From Gekko japonicus (taxonomy: Eukaryota), in NCBI RefSeq assembly GCF_001447785.1, contig NW_015159760.1, forward strand, positions 186,001 through 250,000: a DNA stretch of 64,000 bases, given 5' to 3'. Made by a program: the position numbers and the translations under genes. The notes below the pieces were generated by a model that was given only the letters and a program-made list of their open reading frames with translations, did not search any database and was not told the origin of the DNA. Of this stretch, positions 52,037-64,000 are shown one piece after another. Numbering within the stretch: the stretch's first letter is position 1; every line of letters begins with the position of its first letter.

Positions 52037-53019
52037 CTATAAGCATTAAAAAAGTTAAAGTTATTTTTCAGTGCCCCCCTTTTCCTGTTAGTTCAATATT
52101 ATATGCAAAGCTTCCACACAGAAAAAATAGTGTGTAAACTGTAGGTGAATTGTGTTGTGGCAGAAGGGTCAGAAAAAATAGAATATGGGGGTATATAGAA
52201 ATCAGGACTTTGAAAATTAGCTGGTGAATAAAAACACAGGCGTAAGATACACAGTAGGCTGCATATAATGTTAGAAAAATGAAAACAGCAACAAAAATTG
52301 GGGAATTTTGAAACAATTGTTCAAAATGAATAGTAAAAAAATTAAACTGTTGCTTTTTGATCATTAGAAACCAACAACAGAATCCTATCCACAGTTACTC
52401 TTGCCAAAGTCCACTAAATTCAGTCAGCTTAGGTGGGAGTAACTCTGGTAAAGATTGAATTGAAAAATTATGGCTCTCAATGAGAAAGGCAATCTATAAA
52501 TGAAACAAATAAATAGATTTGTTGTGTAACACACACTCTGAAACAAGAAGTAATCCTGCAAAAAGCTTTCGCATAACATAGACTTGCCAATCTCATATTT
52601 AGTAGACAGTTACAAACACCTGAGCAGCACATCATGTTACAACAGAAATGGCCTAACACTGTAATACATAAAAGAGTACATTTTACTTAATATTTAGCAG
52701 TAGCCTAAACATGTCATGGTAGTGCCACCTCCACCCCCCAACACCCCCCCCCCAAAAGAACAAGAAACAGCTTAATGCAATTCTCTAAAGAAACTCATTG
52801 TCACAAACTCCAGGACACAACACTTTTCCTTTTGATATTAGCTCAACTGAGAGATACAGTGCCATCTGCTGATTCTCCTAAAAAATACTTCCTGCCACTT
52901 CAGAGTTTTCCCCATTTTAAATCTTAAAGATGTGCTGTGATCTAATGAGATATTAGTAAAGTGTTATCAGCCTTGAATTAAATGTATTTCATAATATATT
53001 ATAATATATAATATAATAT

Positions 53020-53345
53020 ATGGCTCAGAGGTTAAGACGCTGAGCTGCAGACCGGAAGGTCTGTAGTTTGGCAGTTCAAAACCCTAGTGCTGCATGACAG
53101 AGTGAACTCCCCGTCTCTGACCCCAGCTCCTGCCAACCTATCAGTTCGAAAGCAAGAAATTGCAAGTAGATAAATAGGTACCGCTTTGGTGGGAAGGTAA
53201 CAGTGTTCCGTGCACCTCGGCATTTAGTCATGCTGGCCACATGACCATGGAAATGTCTTCAGACAGTGCTGGTTCTTTGGCTTGGAGATGAGCACCGCCC
53301 CTAGTGTCAGATTCAACTAGCTTTTGAGCAAGGGAAACCTTTATC
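53020..53345 (+). mobile_element. Sauria SINE
   Basis: Reverse complement of the 48203-48556 family. Confidence 0.85.
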
Positions 53346-53482
53346 TTATAATATATTTTACTTTTGTTAACCTTATAATAATAATAATAATCTGCATTTA
53401 ATAAACAAGACTTCTCTTTCACCACTATCATGCATCCAATGCATTTTAATGAGAACACACACAAAACATATTTCTTACTTAC

Positions 53483-53583
53483 CAAGAAATAAAACAATTA
53501 ATAGAACTATAATGGCAAGAAACGCCTTGTTCCAGTAGTTCGCAATTTTACCCCATAAGGAAAACATAAAAATCTTCTGCCAT
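53483..53583 (-). CDS. BCAP29: BCAP29 exon 3 (WQKIFMFSLWGKIANYWNKAFLAIIVLLIVLFL)
   Basis: cag|...|gtaagt, 101 nt. Confidence 0.96.
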
Positions 53584-53793
53584 CTGTAAAACAGAAATGC
53601 ACATTTCAAAGAGATTTAACAGATGAAAAAGAACAAAAATATTTTAAATTTCCATTTTTAAAAGAAGCTCTTTTGTATGTCGTACAGCATGATACTAAAG
53701 TGCAACTTGCTTGTACCTTTAGGTATACATAAATTCTCTAAATATGGTTCAGACAGGGCTGCTGGACTCAGGGCTGCGGAGTAAGCTCTAGGG

Positions 53794-54189
53794 CAGGGGT
53801 GTCAAACATAAGGCTCGGGGGGCCGGAACCAGCCCGCCCAGGGCTCTTATGTGGCCCGTGAGAAACTGGTGCAAGGGAAGGAATGCTGGGGGAGGGGGCA
53901 AAGCCACTCCATTTTGGCTTCAGCACAGCAGAATGTCTGCAGCAGTCAAGCATCATGGGAGCATCTGCCCAGCGCTGCAGTGCTGTCTTGCCACTCTGCC
54001 CATGTGGGTTTTCCTCTGCATCCCCTCCCAGCCCGTGGGGCCTTGAAGTGAGGATACACCAACTCGGAGCTTACCAGCTGCTGTCCTTTATACAGTTTAT
54101 ATCTCCAGTACCTGGCATTATGTTTTATGGCACACCTGGCCTGGCTCAACAAAGTGACATTTATGTCAGATCTGGCCTTCATAACAAAT
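53794..54189. mobile_element. hAT (Charlie-like) non-autonomous element, right end cut off by a CR1
   Basis: CAGGGGTGTCAAAC terminus preceded by a CTCTAGGG target-like site. Confidence 0.65.
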
Positions 54190-55550
54190 AAGAACATCCA
54201 GTCCAACACTCTGTCACACAGTGGCCAAAAATACCAGGTGCCACCAGGAGGTCCAGCAGTGGGGCCAGGGCACTAGAAGCCCTCCCACTGTTGCCCCCCC
54301 CAAGCACCAAGAATACAGTGCTTCCCTTGCCCCAGACGTATACCTTGTGGCTAATAGCCACTGATGGACCTCTGCTCCATGTTTATCTAATTCCCTCTTG
54401 AAGCCGTCCATGCTTGTAGCCGCCACCACCTCCTGTGGCAGTGAATTCCATGTGTTAAGCTCTCTTTGGGTGAAGAAGTATTTCCTTTTATCTGTTCTAA
54501 CCTGACTGCTCAGCAATTTCATTGAGTGCCCACAAATTCTTGTATTGTGAGAAAGGGAGAAAAGTACCTCTTTCTCTACCTGCTCTATCCCATGCATAAT
54601 CTTATAAACCTCGATCATGACACCCCTCAACCATCATTTCTCCAAGCTAGAGCCCTAAGCGCTTTAACCTTTCTTCATAGGGAAAGTGTTCCAACCCCTT
54701 TATCATTCGAGTTGCTCCTTTCTGCACTTTTTCCAATGCTATAATAACCTTTTTGAGGTATGGTGACCAGAACTGTACACAGTACTCCAAATGAGGTCGC
54801 ACCACTGATTTATACAGGGGCATTATGATACTGGCTGATTTGTTTTCAATTCCCTTCCTAATAATCCCCAGCATAGCATTGGCCTTTTTTATTGCAGTCA
54901 CACACTGTCTCGACATTTTCAGTGAGTTATCTGCTACGACTCTCTTGGTCTCTATTGGTCAGTCTCTACCAGTTCGGACCCATCAATGTGTATTTATAGT
55001 TAGGATTTTTGGCCCCAATGTGCATCACTTTGCACTTGGCCACACTGAACCCCATTTGCCACTCGCCCATCCTCGACAAATCCCTTTGGAGTGCCTTACA
55101 ATCCTCCCTGGTTCTCACCACCCTGAACAACTTCATGTCATCTGCAAATTTAGCCACTTCACTGTTAACTCCCAACTCCAAATCATTAACAAACAAGTTA
55201 AAAAGTATCGGACCGAGTACTGATCCCTGTAGTACCCCACTGCTTACCACCCACCACTGAGAAAATTTCCCATTTATACTCACTCTGTTTCCTATTAATT
55301 AGCCAGTTTTTGATCCACAAGAGGACTTGTCCTTTTATCCCGTGATTATTGAGCTTACTTAGGAGCCTTTAATGAGGAACTTTATCAAAAGCTTTCTGGA
55401 AGTCAAGGTAAACAACATCTATTGGGTCCCCCTTGTCCACATGTTTGTTCACTCCCTCAAAGAACACTAACAGGTTAGTGAGAAAAGATCCTCCCTTACA
55501 GAACCCATGCTGAGTCTGCCTCAATAGTTTTTGTTCATCAATGTGCCTAC
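54190..55550 (-). mobile_element. CR1 LINE 3' ~1.35 kb (RT domain, decayed)
   Basis: SGVLQGSVLGPILFNLFVNDL...[26 protein letters not shown]. Confidence 0.93.
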
Positions 55551-57309
55551 TATCCCTTTAAACATCTTCTCAGTGTGAGTTCACCTGGAAAATGTTTAAA
55601 GGGACTGCAATCACTTTAAATGCCCTTTAGCTTCAGTTGTCTGGCAGGATATTTGGGGCTTGGCCATTTCAGATAGCCAAAATTCAGCCCCATTCTATAA
55701 CTGGCTTTAAAAGTCCTCCCAAAATACAGGTAGGGTGTTTTCCAGGTATTTTTCTGGCTCAGTTTATGCCGAAAGCACACCCCTAATAAGCTCCTACATC
55801 TGTGAGAATTGCACATAAGGGAGAATTTCACCACACACAGTTTTTCCTGTCACATTACTGCGGCAGTCATTGAAATCCACAGGGTGAGCATTGTTCTGAG
55901 TTGGGATCTGCCAATCCTGCTTCTATCTAATGAGATCAGCAGGGTGGCTTTAGAATCCAGCTTTAACAAGGCTCATTTACTGCTTTTAGATCCTCTTATC
56001 CTGAAGACAAAAATCCGTTAATGTGTTATTTAAAATAACACCTTCAATTATCTTGTTAGCAAAACTGTCTTTGTAGGGTTGCTTCTTCAGAGATTAATCC
56101 AGGTACTCCAATAGATTTCAAGTATCTGTTTGCCAAGTACTTCCAAAACTGCCGTTTTCTGCATACATACTTAGAAATAAGACTGAACAAAATCAGGAGG
56201 ACTTATTTCCAAGTATCAGTGTGCACAAGCCCTTCTGTCACTGAGAAACACAAGTAATGGCCCTATAGTCCTGGGCAGGTATCCCTCTCACATACATACA
56301 TTCATCTTTGCTTTAAAAGGTTTTGCATAATTACGTTTGTCCAAAGCTATCAAAAGTTGTTTGCTTTTAATTCTTTGTGTGTCTTATTTACTGATCACCA
56401 GCAAAGTAAGAAAATGGCTGTTGGACTAGATCATGGACAGTTCTGGTTATTTCACGAGGACTTGAGGGTGGGTGGAAAGAGAACTTGCTCCTAATAGGAT
56501 GACCAGGTACAACAGATGGCAGGGTCTTTCTCTGACGTGGGACAGCCATAGTTCTTCAGAAAAGAAGAAAATCAATAAATAGGGCTGTTCAGTCAGAAAG
56601 GGAGAGAAAAACAGAGGGAAAATCTTGCCTCTGAGGAAGTGAGTGAGGTCATCATAGCAAGCAGGTTACTATACAACAATGTCACATGGAAGCCCCCACC
56701 AAAATCACTGCAGTTTTGAAGGAGGGTAGAACTGGAGCAAAACCTCTGTGTGGAAGCAGCCAAACTAGAATTGTAAGGCATAGCCCACCAGATCATCCAG
56801 TTTCAGAAACAGTCCCCTTCTCTTTTCTTGGAATCCTTTTTCTTCCTACCACTCTAATCTCTCTCTTCTTCAACCACAAGTAAATAGACTTTGTTTCCTT
56901 TAACTTATGAACCTCATTTTCCTGCCACATGACACAGATCAGGGAATTCTGCTGCTGACCTAAAAAGTCATTGTTACCTACAAAAGAATGTTAAATGGGA
57001 AACTGCCAAATGAGCTTTGATTAAAAAAAAGTTTAACACTCTTTCTCTCAGCCAAGGACTTGTATTCTCTCATGAATTATATGTGATAGCATATGGCACC
57101 CCTTAATGGCTTCAGCTACACCATGTAACTTCCTTTAGTTTCCCTTTGTTTCATGTTAACTAGCAACAGTTGGAAGTTTTCAAACCCTTGTGGAGGGAGT
57201 AGATCTCTATGAATTGGATCTTGTTTTGAACATTTGTAACATTTCCACACACACACACACCTTTCCCTTGTATATATAAACCTGGCCTGGTGGATTTATA
57301 CTCTTATGC

Positions 57310-57395
57310 ATGCAATGAAGCGAGCTCTGACTCATGAAAGCCTATGGTGGAATATGTTTGTGTTAGTCTTTAAGGTGCCACTGGACTCCTGTTTT
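57310..57395 (+). mobile_element. Penelope pLTR fragment with a degenerate hammerhead-ribozyme motif
   Basis: aatgaag-cgag-ctctga-ctca-tgaaagcctatg...gttagtctttaaggtgccactggactc; similar fragments at ~2440-2520, 5465-5575, 17675-17735 and 18755-18800. Confidence 0.6.
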
Positions 57396-57687
57396 AGATA
57401 AGAGTGTATTCATTCACTATATAAACAGCAAACAAGCAACAATTCAGTAAGTAGACATTAATATTTAAGCTTACTATAACTGTGGTTAATCACCGGGGTT
57501 GTGGCTAAAACATTCTGACTGAAGCTGAAACCAAGTAGGTATCCATTCGTATGACTTATTAACACTGACTGGAACAAGAGGCAGAGATATATCTGCTCCC
57601 TTCTTCCATCCATATCCCAATTAGTGTTCCTTCTGAAGACCTTAAGGACTAACAACACAATCTCTGATTTCTGAAAGCTGTTGTTTT

Positions 57688-60600
57688 GTTCTGCTGAAGA
57701 CGTACATTAGAGACCTTAAAATTCTGTACGATCTTCCTTCCTTCTCTACGTGATATACCTTCTGCTATAAAATTCAACTATGCCAGCCAATTATCCCAAT
57801 GTTACCCTAGATCCATTTGAACCATGATCTTGCCTTGTTAAAGTTCTGGTGGGAGCATTTTACAAACAAGTACCACAGGAGTAGTTAACCATTGTGGAAC
57901 TCAGGGAAGACCACCATGTTAAAAGAGTGTCCATTCCTTACAGAAGAACACTATCATACAGAAAACCAGTTATTTTTATTAACTCAGTTAGAGGAGACTA
58001 CCTTTAATCCTACCACTCTACTCATCTCTCCCAGCAGATTTATGCTCGCCCGCGGAGTCAAATGGACCCGTTGCGGCTCCAGATGGCTATGCGGGATCCG
58101 AGGCCCCCTGGTGGCTCGTTGGATGAGTTAGTGGAGGGCTGGCATGTTCGGCTCTTCACAGCCATCAACGAGATCGCTCCCAGGTGTCCTCTCCGTACTC
58201 GCTCTAGGTGCGCTCCCTGGTATACCCAGGAATTGCGGCAGCTGAAACGAGGGCTGAGACGACTAGAGAGACGGTGGCGCCGTACTCACGAGGCGTCAAG
58301 AGCATCTTATAGGATGCTTATGAAAGCCTATGAGACGGCAGGCAAGGCTGCGAAGAAAGATTTCTATGCGGCCTCGATGGCATCTGCTAGCTCACGCCCA
58401 GCCCAATTATTTAGTATGATTCGGTCACTGACAGACCTGCCTCAGGGCAGACGAAACGATAGGGAATTGGATATCGGCTGTGAGGCTTTTGCGAGCTATT
58501 TCGCAGATAAAGTCTTGGCGCTCCGCCACAACCTCCCCGCCACAATTGAGACAGTGAGCGAACTCGAGGCCCATTGTGCGCCTTCGGTTCCGGGTTTAGA
58601 ATGTTTTAGCCCACTCAGCCTGGACGAACTTGACAGATTGCTCGTATCTGTGCGCCCAACCACATGCAACCTTGATCCGTGCCCCTCCTGGCTCATTAAA
58701 GCGGGTCACAAGGGGTTTCAAGGTGCTCTGCGGGAGATTATTAACAAGTCCCTCTTGGAGGGACGGTTCCCCAGAGCACTCAAGGAGGCGATGGTCCGCC
58801 CCCTCTTAAAAAAGCCATCTTTGGACCTGACCAAATTGGCCAACTAATGGCTGGTGTCCAATTTGCCCTATTTGGGCAAACTTATAGAGAGGGCGGTGGC
58901 GTTACAGTTACAGAGCTTTTTGGAGGATGCTTCGGTCTTAGATCCCTTCCAGTCCGGCTTTCGCCTGGGTCATGGGACGGAGATGGCATTGGTCACCCTG
59001 ACTGACGACCTCCATAGGCATCTGGACCGAGGTGGTGTGGCGGCATTTCTGTTGTTAGATCTGTCGGCCACGTTTGATACGGTCGACCATCAGCTGCTGG
59101 CCCACCATCTCGCCGACGTGGAGATTCAGGGGCTTGCCTTCCAATGGTTTGCCTCGCTCCTGCAAGGTCGGGGGCAGAGGGTGGTGATAGGGGATCAGCA
59201 GTCCCGGAGGCACCCTCTTGAGTGTGGGGTGCCTCGGGGGGCGGTACTGTCCCCGATGTTATTTAACATCCATATGCGCCCCCTTGCCCAGATTGCCCGG
59301 AGTTTTGGGCTTGGGTGTAATCAATATGCGGATGACACCCAGCTCCATCTGATGCTGGGCGGCCGGTCGAACTCTGACCCAGATGACCTTCATCGGGCAT
59401 TGCAAGCGGTGGCTAGTTGTCTCAGACTGAGTTGGTTGAAACTAAACCCAGCGAAGACGGAGGTCATGGGCCTAGGTCGGTTCGGGGTTGGGGCTCCCTC
59501 TCCTGGCCTTCGATGGGGCGCCTTTGGTGCCAGTGTCACGAGTTAGGAGTTTGGGAGTGCTCCTGGACTCCTTATTAACGATGGAGGCCCAGGTGGCATC
59601 TACTGCCAAGTCAGCCTTTTACCATCTTCGGCTGGCGCGGCAGTTGGTTCCTTTCCTTGACCGCGAGGACTTGGCCACCGTGATCCATGCGATGGTCACC
59701 TTGAGGCTGCAGCTAGTGCAGAATGTGGCAGCCAGGCTGTTGATGGGTCTCACGAGGCGGGACCACATCCAGGCAGTGCTGGAGGCGCTGCACTGGCTGC
59801 CTATAGCGTACCGGATTCGCTTCAAAGTGCTGGTTCTTACCTATAAAGCCCTTGATGGCCAGGGTCCAGCTTACCTAAGGGACTGCCTTTCCCCATATGT
59901 TCCCCCAAGAGCACTACGGTCAGGGGCGCAACACCTATTGGTTGTTCCGGGCCCCAAGGACATCAAGTTGGCTGCAAAGTTGGCCAGGGCTTTCTCGGTG
60001 GCGGCTCCTGTCTGGTGGAACAAGCTCCCAGGGGAGATCCGGGCCCTGTGGGACCTTGCGCAGTTCTGCAAGGCCTGCAAGACGGAGCTCTTCCGCCAGG
60101 CTTTTGCATAGGAGCCGCCGCCACCACTGTACCACCACCAAACTCCCATCTTTGACGGTGGATTCGCTCTGGATGTGAGCTGGCTCTGGGAAGACGACCA
60201 GACAGCCTGAAGAACTGGTCATGAAAGGACAATAGTATTATCCGGAACTTATGCTGACGGGTTAGGTTGGTCAACGGAACCCCATCTTGGACTGATAAGA
60301 ATTAATACCTTGAGCACTGGCACTTTGTTGTGATGGAGTGTTTTATTCTGTTTTTAGTTGTTCAATCATGGCATATGCCTCTTTGTTAGCCGCCCTGAGC
60401 CCGTTTGGGGAGGGCGGGATATAAATTTAATTAATAAATAAAATTAATATTTATGGCAGAGGAAGCTTCTATGTGTAGCTGAGTGGAGTGAATACAATTC
60501 ATTGATTTGTATCCAACAAAATCCATTCATGGTTTGGACCTCACAGAGCGAGACAATTTCCCTTTCTTACTCCTGCTGCAGCCCAATGACACCCCTCCCA

Positions 60601-60750
60601 TTTTGTTCTGTGGGTCAGCAGGCCATCAGGAACAGTATGGTTTTGCAGCAAGACAAGAAATCAGTGAAAATCAATGCCCCTTCTTCTGAAGACAGAGGTG
60701 CCCTTAAATCTTTGCAACCACCCATAACTAATCCTGTTAATCTCCAGTGG
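57688..60750 (+). repeat. ~740-bp duplication, copy 2 (BCAP29 intron 2), split by an L2 insertion
   Basis: 57688-58027 and 60452-60750 align to 41980-42717. Confidence 0.88.
58030..60445 (+). mobile_element. Young L2-clade LINE, 5'-truncated 2.4 kb
   Basis: Long ORFs 58062..58847, 58854..59546 (LDLSATFD, YADDTQL) and 59488..60111 (LHWLPI); CpG-rich; (AAAT)n tail. Confidence 0.93.
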
Positions 60751-60954
60751 AATAACAATTGTGGTAACCTTGCTATTGTATGACAGATGGATTTTCCTGA
60801 TTATCCTCTTATAGTTTAATGTTTCTTCTTTTATTATTGCATTTTAAAATTCAGTAAGGGGAAAAACCACTAGTTTCTATTACCACCAGTGGTATTTTGC
60901 AGTACACCCTACACAGACTTCAATGGATTTAGAAGACTATAACTCAGTCCTGAG

Positions 60955-61160
60955 CAGTGTTCCCTCTAAGCTGAGTTCATGTGAGCTAGCTCACAGTTTT
61001 TGAGCCTCTGGCTCACACATTTTTGTCTTGGCTCAGGAAGGAGGGCTCCAGAGCAAACTAGTTTATCCAGCAGCCAAACCTTTTGCTCACAACTTTAATG
61101 CCGGTAGCTCACAAAGTAGAATTTTTGCTCACAAGACCTCACAGCTTAGAGGGAACATTG
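60955..61160. mobile_element. hAT MITE, TIR CAGTGTTCCCTCTAAG family
   Basis: Perfect 8-bp TSD GTCCTGAG (60947-60954 and 61161-61168); inverted relative to 15824-16024. Confidence 0.9.
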
Positions 61161-61734
61161 GTCCTGAGGAGATTTCAGTTACTTATTAGGCAATACATAT
61201 GCCACCCCTTCAGAGATCTGCTGGAAGTGGCTATATTATTTCTGCCCCACTTTTCTTTCCAGTGGGAATCAAAAACAGTTTTCCTCTCCATTTTATTCTC
61301 ACAGCCACCCTGTAAGGTAGGTTAGGCTGACAGCGCATGGCTGCCCCAGGGTCACCCATGGTAGAGATTCAAATCCGGGTCTTCCAGATCCTAATCTGAT
61401 GACCCCACTGATGACAACAGCATGCTGGTTTTGGAAAGTGAGTTTGGTACAAATCAGTTGCATCTCCCATCCAACAAGGCAATTTGTGGCACACAAAATA
61501 AACTGAAGAGAAGACAATACAGATAATAGCTTAATAGAATAATAGCTTAAAAGAGTCCTAGACAAAAGCAAAGAACCCAAAATGCCTAGCCGTTTAACAC
61601 TGATCAGTTTATAACAGGTCTCCACAAAATCCAACCAATGTCCACCAGTACTCAAGACTGTTGTGTGACTAGAATTTCTACAATGGCATTTTCTCCTCAA
61701 AAAGATAGTCATTTGATACACGGCATATTCTTAC

Positions 61735-61826
61735 CTCAGGGGAGAAATATAGGGTAAACAGAGTAGCAACAGTATTGCTATTTCAGCATATAGAAAGACT
61801 GCGACCGCTGTCCACTGAAAAGTCAT
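61735..61826 (-). CDS. BCAP29: BCAP29 exon 2 coding part (MTFQWTAVAVFLYAEIAILLLLCLPYISPLR)
   Basis: Acceptor ctgcag| at 61843, ATG at 61826, donor |gtaaga; 92 nt. Confidence 0.96.
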
Positions 61827-62189
61827 TTTTACCTTTGAAGGATCTGCAGAGGAGGAAAACACCATTAGTTCACCAGGGTTTCAAACAGAGAGGCTTAGGA
61901 GGAAGGGGCCATGTTAAGCAATGGGGTCTCTTAGAGAAAACAAACCATCCTGTTAGCAGGCTGACAGAGAAGCCTGACTGCATTTAAAATGGCTGGAGGA
62001 AGAATATTTTAGAATGCTTGAAATACACAGTAGACATGAGAGGAAATAATATAGACACTACCAGGCCAATGTTTTCAGTATTCCTAGACGAACAAGTAGA
62101 AGCAAGTGAAAAAGGACAAGACCACGAGAAGGGGGGGGGGGGGGGGGGGGAGGCTGTGCCTGCTCTCCTCAGCCTCGTGTCTTCCACAA

Positions 62190-62960
62190 CAGTGCGGGAA
62201 GGGAAGCCTTTCGAAAGACTAATGCTTCTCTCTCACGCAACGCAAGTATACAAGCGACCACCACAGCCCCCACTGGATGGGGCGGGTTGCTCTTCCTCTA
62301 CCCAACCCCTTTTTGCCGAAAGAGAAAGACTTGGCTCCCCGAATCAGCTGCTTAAGGCAAAACGCACCCCTCAACTCTTCCCCAGCCCGGCGCGCAATTC
62401 TTGAGGGGAGCATTTGCTGCAGTTTCCGCGTAAAGGCGGGGCCTGACGGGAACTTTTCCTCCCGTGCTAGAGCCTCACAAGGACTCGTTTTCCTTCCTCA
62501 CCGGATGCGTTGAGAAGCGTTCCGGGTCTTAGCTAAATTTCATATCCCCAGCCCCCCCGCGCGGGTGGACTGGCCTTCGTGAGATCTCACACTTCCTCCG
62601 GGGCACACAGTTCGCCTTGATGGCGGCAACAGCTGGGGGGGGGGGGGGGGGGGGGCGGTAGTAACAGCAAATGAGAGGCTTCGGATCCTCCCTCAAGAGA
62701 GCGACAGTTAAAGCGCTGCCAGTGCAAGCCTTTATTTATGCTTACTCAGAAGTAAGTCCTGTTTTATTCAGCAGGCGGTAAATATGCGTGCAGAGGATCG
62801 CGCGCCCCTTGCAAAGGAGGGTGGCCGGGTTTCCTTGAAGGGGGGGTTTGGAAGAGGTCTCCAACTCTTCCGTGTAGCCCTGTTCTAAAGGCCTGACTCA
62901 CGTTTGAGGCAGAGATACAGCGCCGCGGCCGCAGGAATGTTGAATGGCTGCCCCGGTGTC
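62190..62960 (-). promoter_or_regulatory. BCAP29: BCAP29 CpG-island promoter with probable non-coding exon 1 (donor CCG|gtgagg, exon ending at 62502)
   Basis: CpG-dense stretch 0.4-1.1 kb upstream of the ATG exon; ETS-like CCGGAA, GC boxes, YY1-like GATGGCGGC. Confidence 0.72.
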
Positions 62961-64000
62961 AGGTCCTGAATATCACCCTCTTTTCTCCCGCCAATAGTAT
63001 TTCTCTGTTTCCTCTGTTGCTTGGTCGTGTATGTTTTTTTTTTTGGGGGGGGGGTTGGTAGCAGGACCTTGTGGGCATAGCTTTTTTCTGCTATTTTTTC
63101 TTTCTTTCCTGGTAAGGTGTTAAAGAGATAGGAGCCCTGCTAGGGTGAAGAAGTGGCCTCCGCCTTTCCAGTGTTCTGGAAATCTAAGAACCAAGACTGA
63201 TTCATCATGCTTTTAAGTCTTTTCTGTAGCGAAGTAGGTATGTGTGCTCTGCCCTGCACCCAGATCACTGTTCAACGTACAGTGTAGTAAAGGGGCACTG
63301 CTAAATGTTGCACAGACACTGTAACACTTCATTGTGTAATACACAAGACTGATTGTGTATCCTCTTTTGGATTTTCCATGCACTTAGGGACAATTTTGGA
63401 AGCAGCCCTAATGTTGATTTTTGTTGAAATTAAAAAGTACACTGTCAGAAGTATTAAACATAGGATAATATATGAACATATGAAGAACATAGGACGCTGC
63501 TTTATACTGAATCAGACCAATGGTCTTATCACAGCCAGTATTGCCTACTCATATTAGCAGCTGTTCCCCAGGGTCTCAGGCAGAGGGCTTTCTTACCACC
63601 TACCTTCTGGTCCTTGTAAATGGTGATGTTGGGGATTGAGATATTAGACACATTGTTACAAATTTTATTTGCCTTTTACTGGCATTTGAAGGCATCTGGT
63701 GAAATGAGCGGTAAATGTGGTAGGCACCTGTACTGTGATCGCTTACCTCGTAGTGCATTATTTTTTTTGGAATCAGTCTTGTGTCTTAGTGGGAAAGGTG
63801 GATTATAATTAAGTACATAACTAGTTTAAGATGATCCAAATGCCAATAGTTATTCAGCCAGAGACCTCAAGATTCCAACCTCACAGTAACTAAAACAGGG
63901 GGAAAAATTGGATTCAGATAGTCTTGAGAAGCATACTTTTCTACCTTTACCGTACTGCCAGTGTTGCACAACTAGCAAGCAAAAAGAACAAATTGTATGT

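Larger units (their letters stand above)
34720..62530 (-). other. BCAP29: BCAP29 gene (B-cell receptor-associated protein 29, ER membrane BAP31 paralogue), complete
   Basis: Seven coding exons (92+101+151+136+112+101+39 = 732 nt) give a 243-aa protein MTFQWTAVAVFLYAE...DKKAL with three TM segments, a coiled coil and a KKXX ER-retrieval end; synteny upstream of SLC26A4. Confidence 0.96.

Noticed and set aside
57310-57350. Active hammerhead ribozyme
   Set aside because: The CUGANGA core reads CAAUGA here; the other copies lack GAAA
62620-62675. ATGGCGGCAACAGCT... as the start of a divergent + strand gene
   Set aside because: Runs into poly-G and reaches a stop within a short distance with no evident donor; better explained as a YY1-like promoter motif

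Overview
Vertebrate genomic DNA, inferred to be squamate reptile and probably gecko-like from its repeat content (Sauria SINE, BovB, Squam-type SINEs, 5S-derived SINEs, Penelope and young L2 elements). Two protein-coding genes lie in tandem on the minus strand. BCAP29 is complete (7 coding exons, 61826->35584, 243 aa ending KKAL) with a CpG-island promoter near 62.2-62.9 kb. The 5' half of SLC26A4/pendrin follows (non-coding exon 1 near 19.3 kb, coding exons 2-12, 17253->3091, 476 codons, continuing off the left edge). Gene order and almost all exon lengths match the human locus as I recall it. The rest is intronic/intergenic DNA dense in transposons, with a 518-N assembly gap. I found no convincing new protein-coding system. 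The most notable oddities are: a 1.2 kb nested/branched inverted-repeat structure in SLC26A4 intron 12; a U2 snRNA 5' fragment fused directly to a BovB 3' end; a TSD-bounded BovB whose RT core is replaced by about 545 bp of foreign DNA; a ~740 bp intron-to-intron duplication in BCAP29 flanked by a ~48 bp direct repeat; a solo LTR inside an L2; and a conserved head-to-head FOXI1 element at the pendrin promoter. All comparisons to known genes and repeat families are from memory, not database searches.
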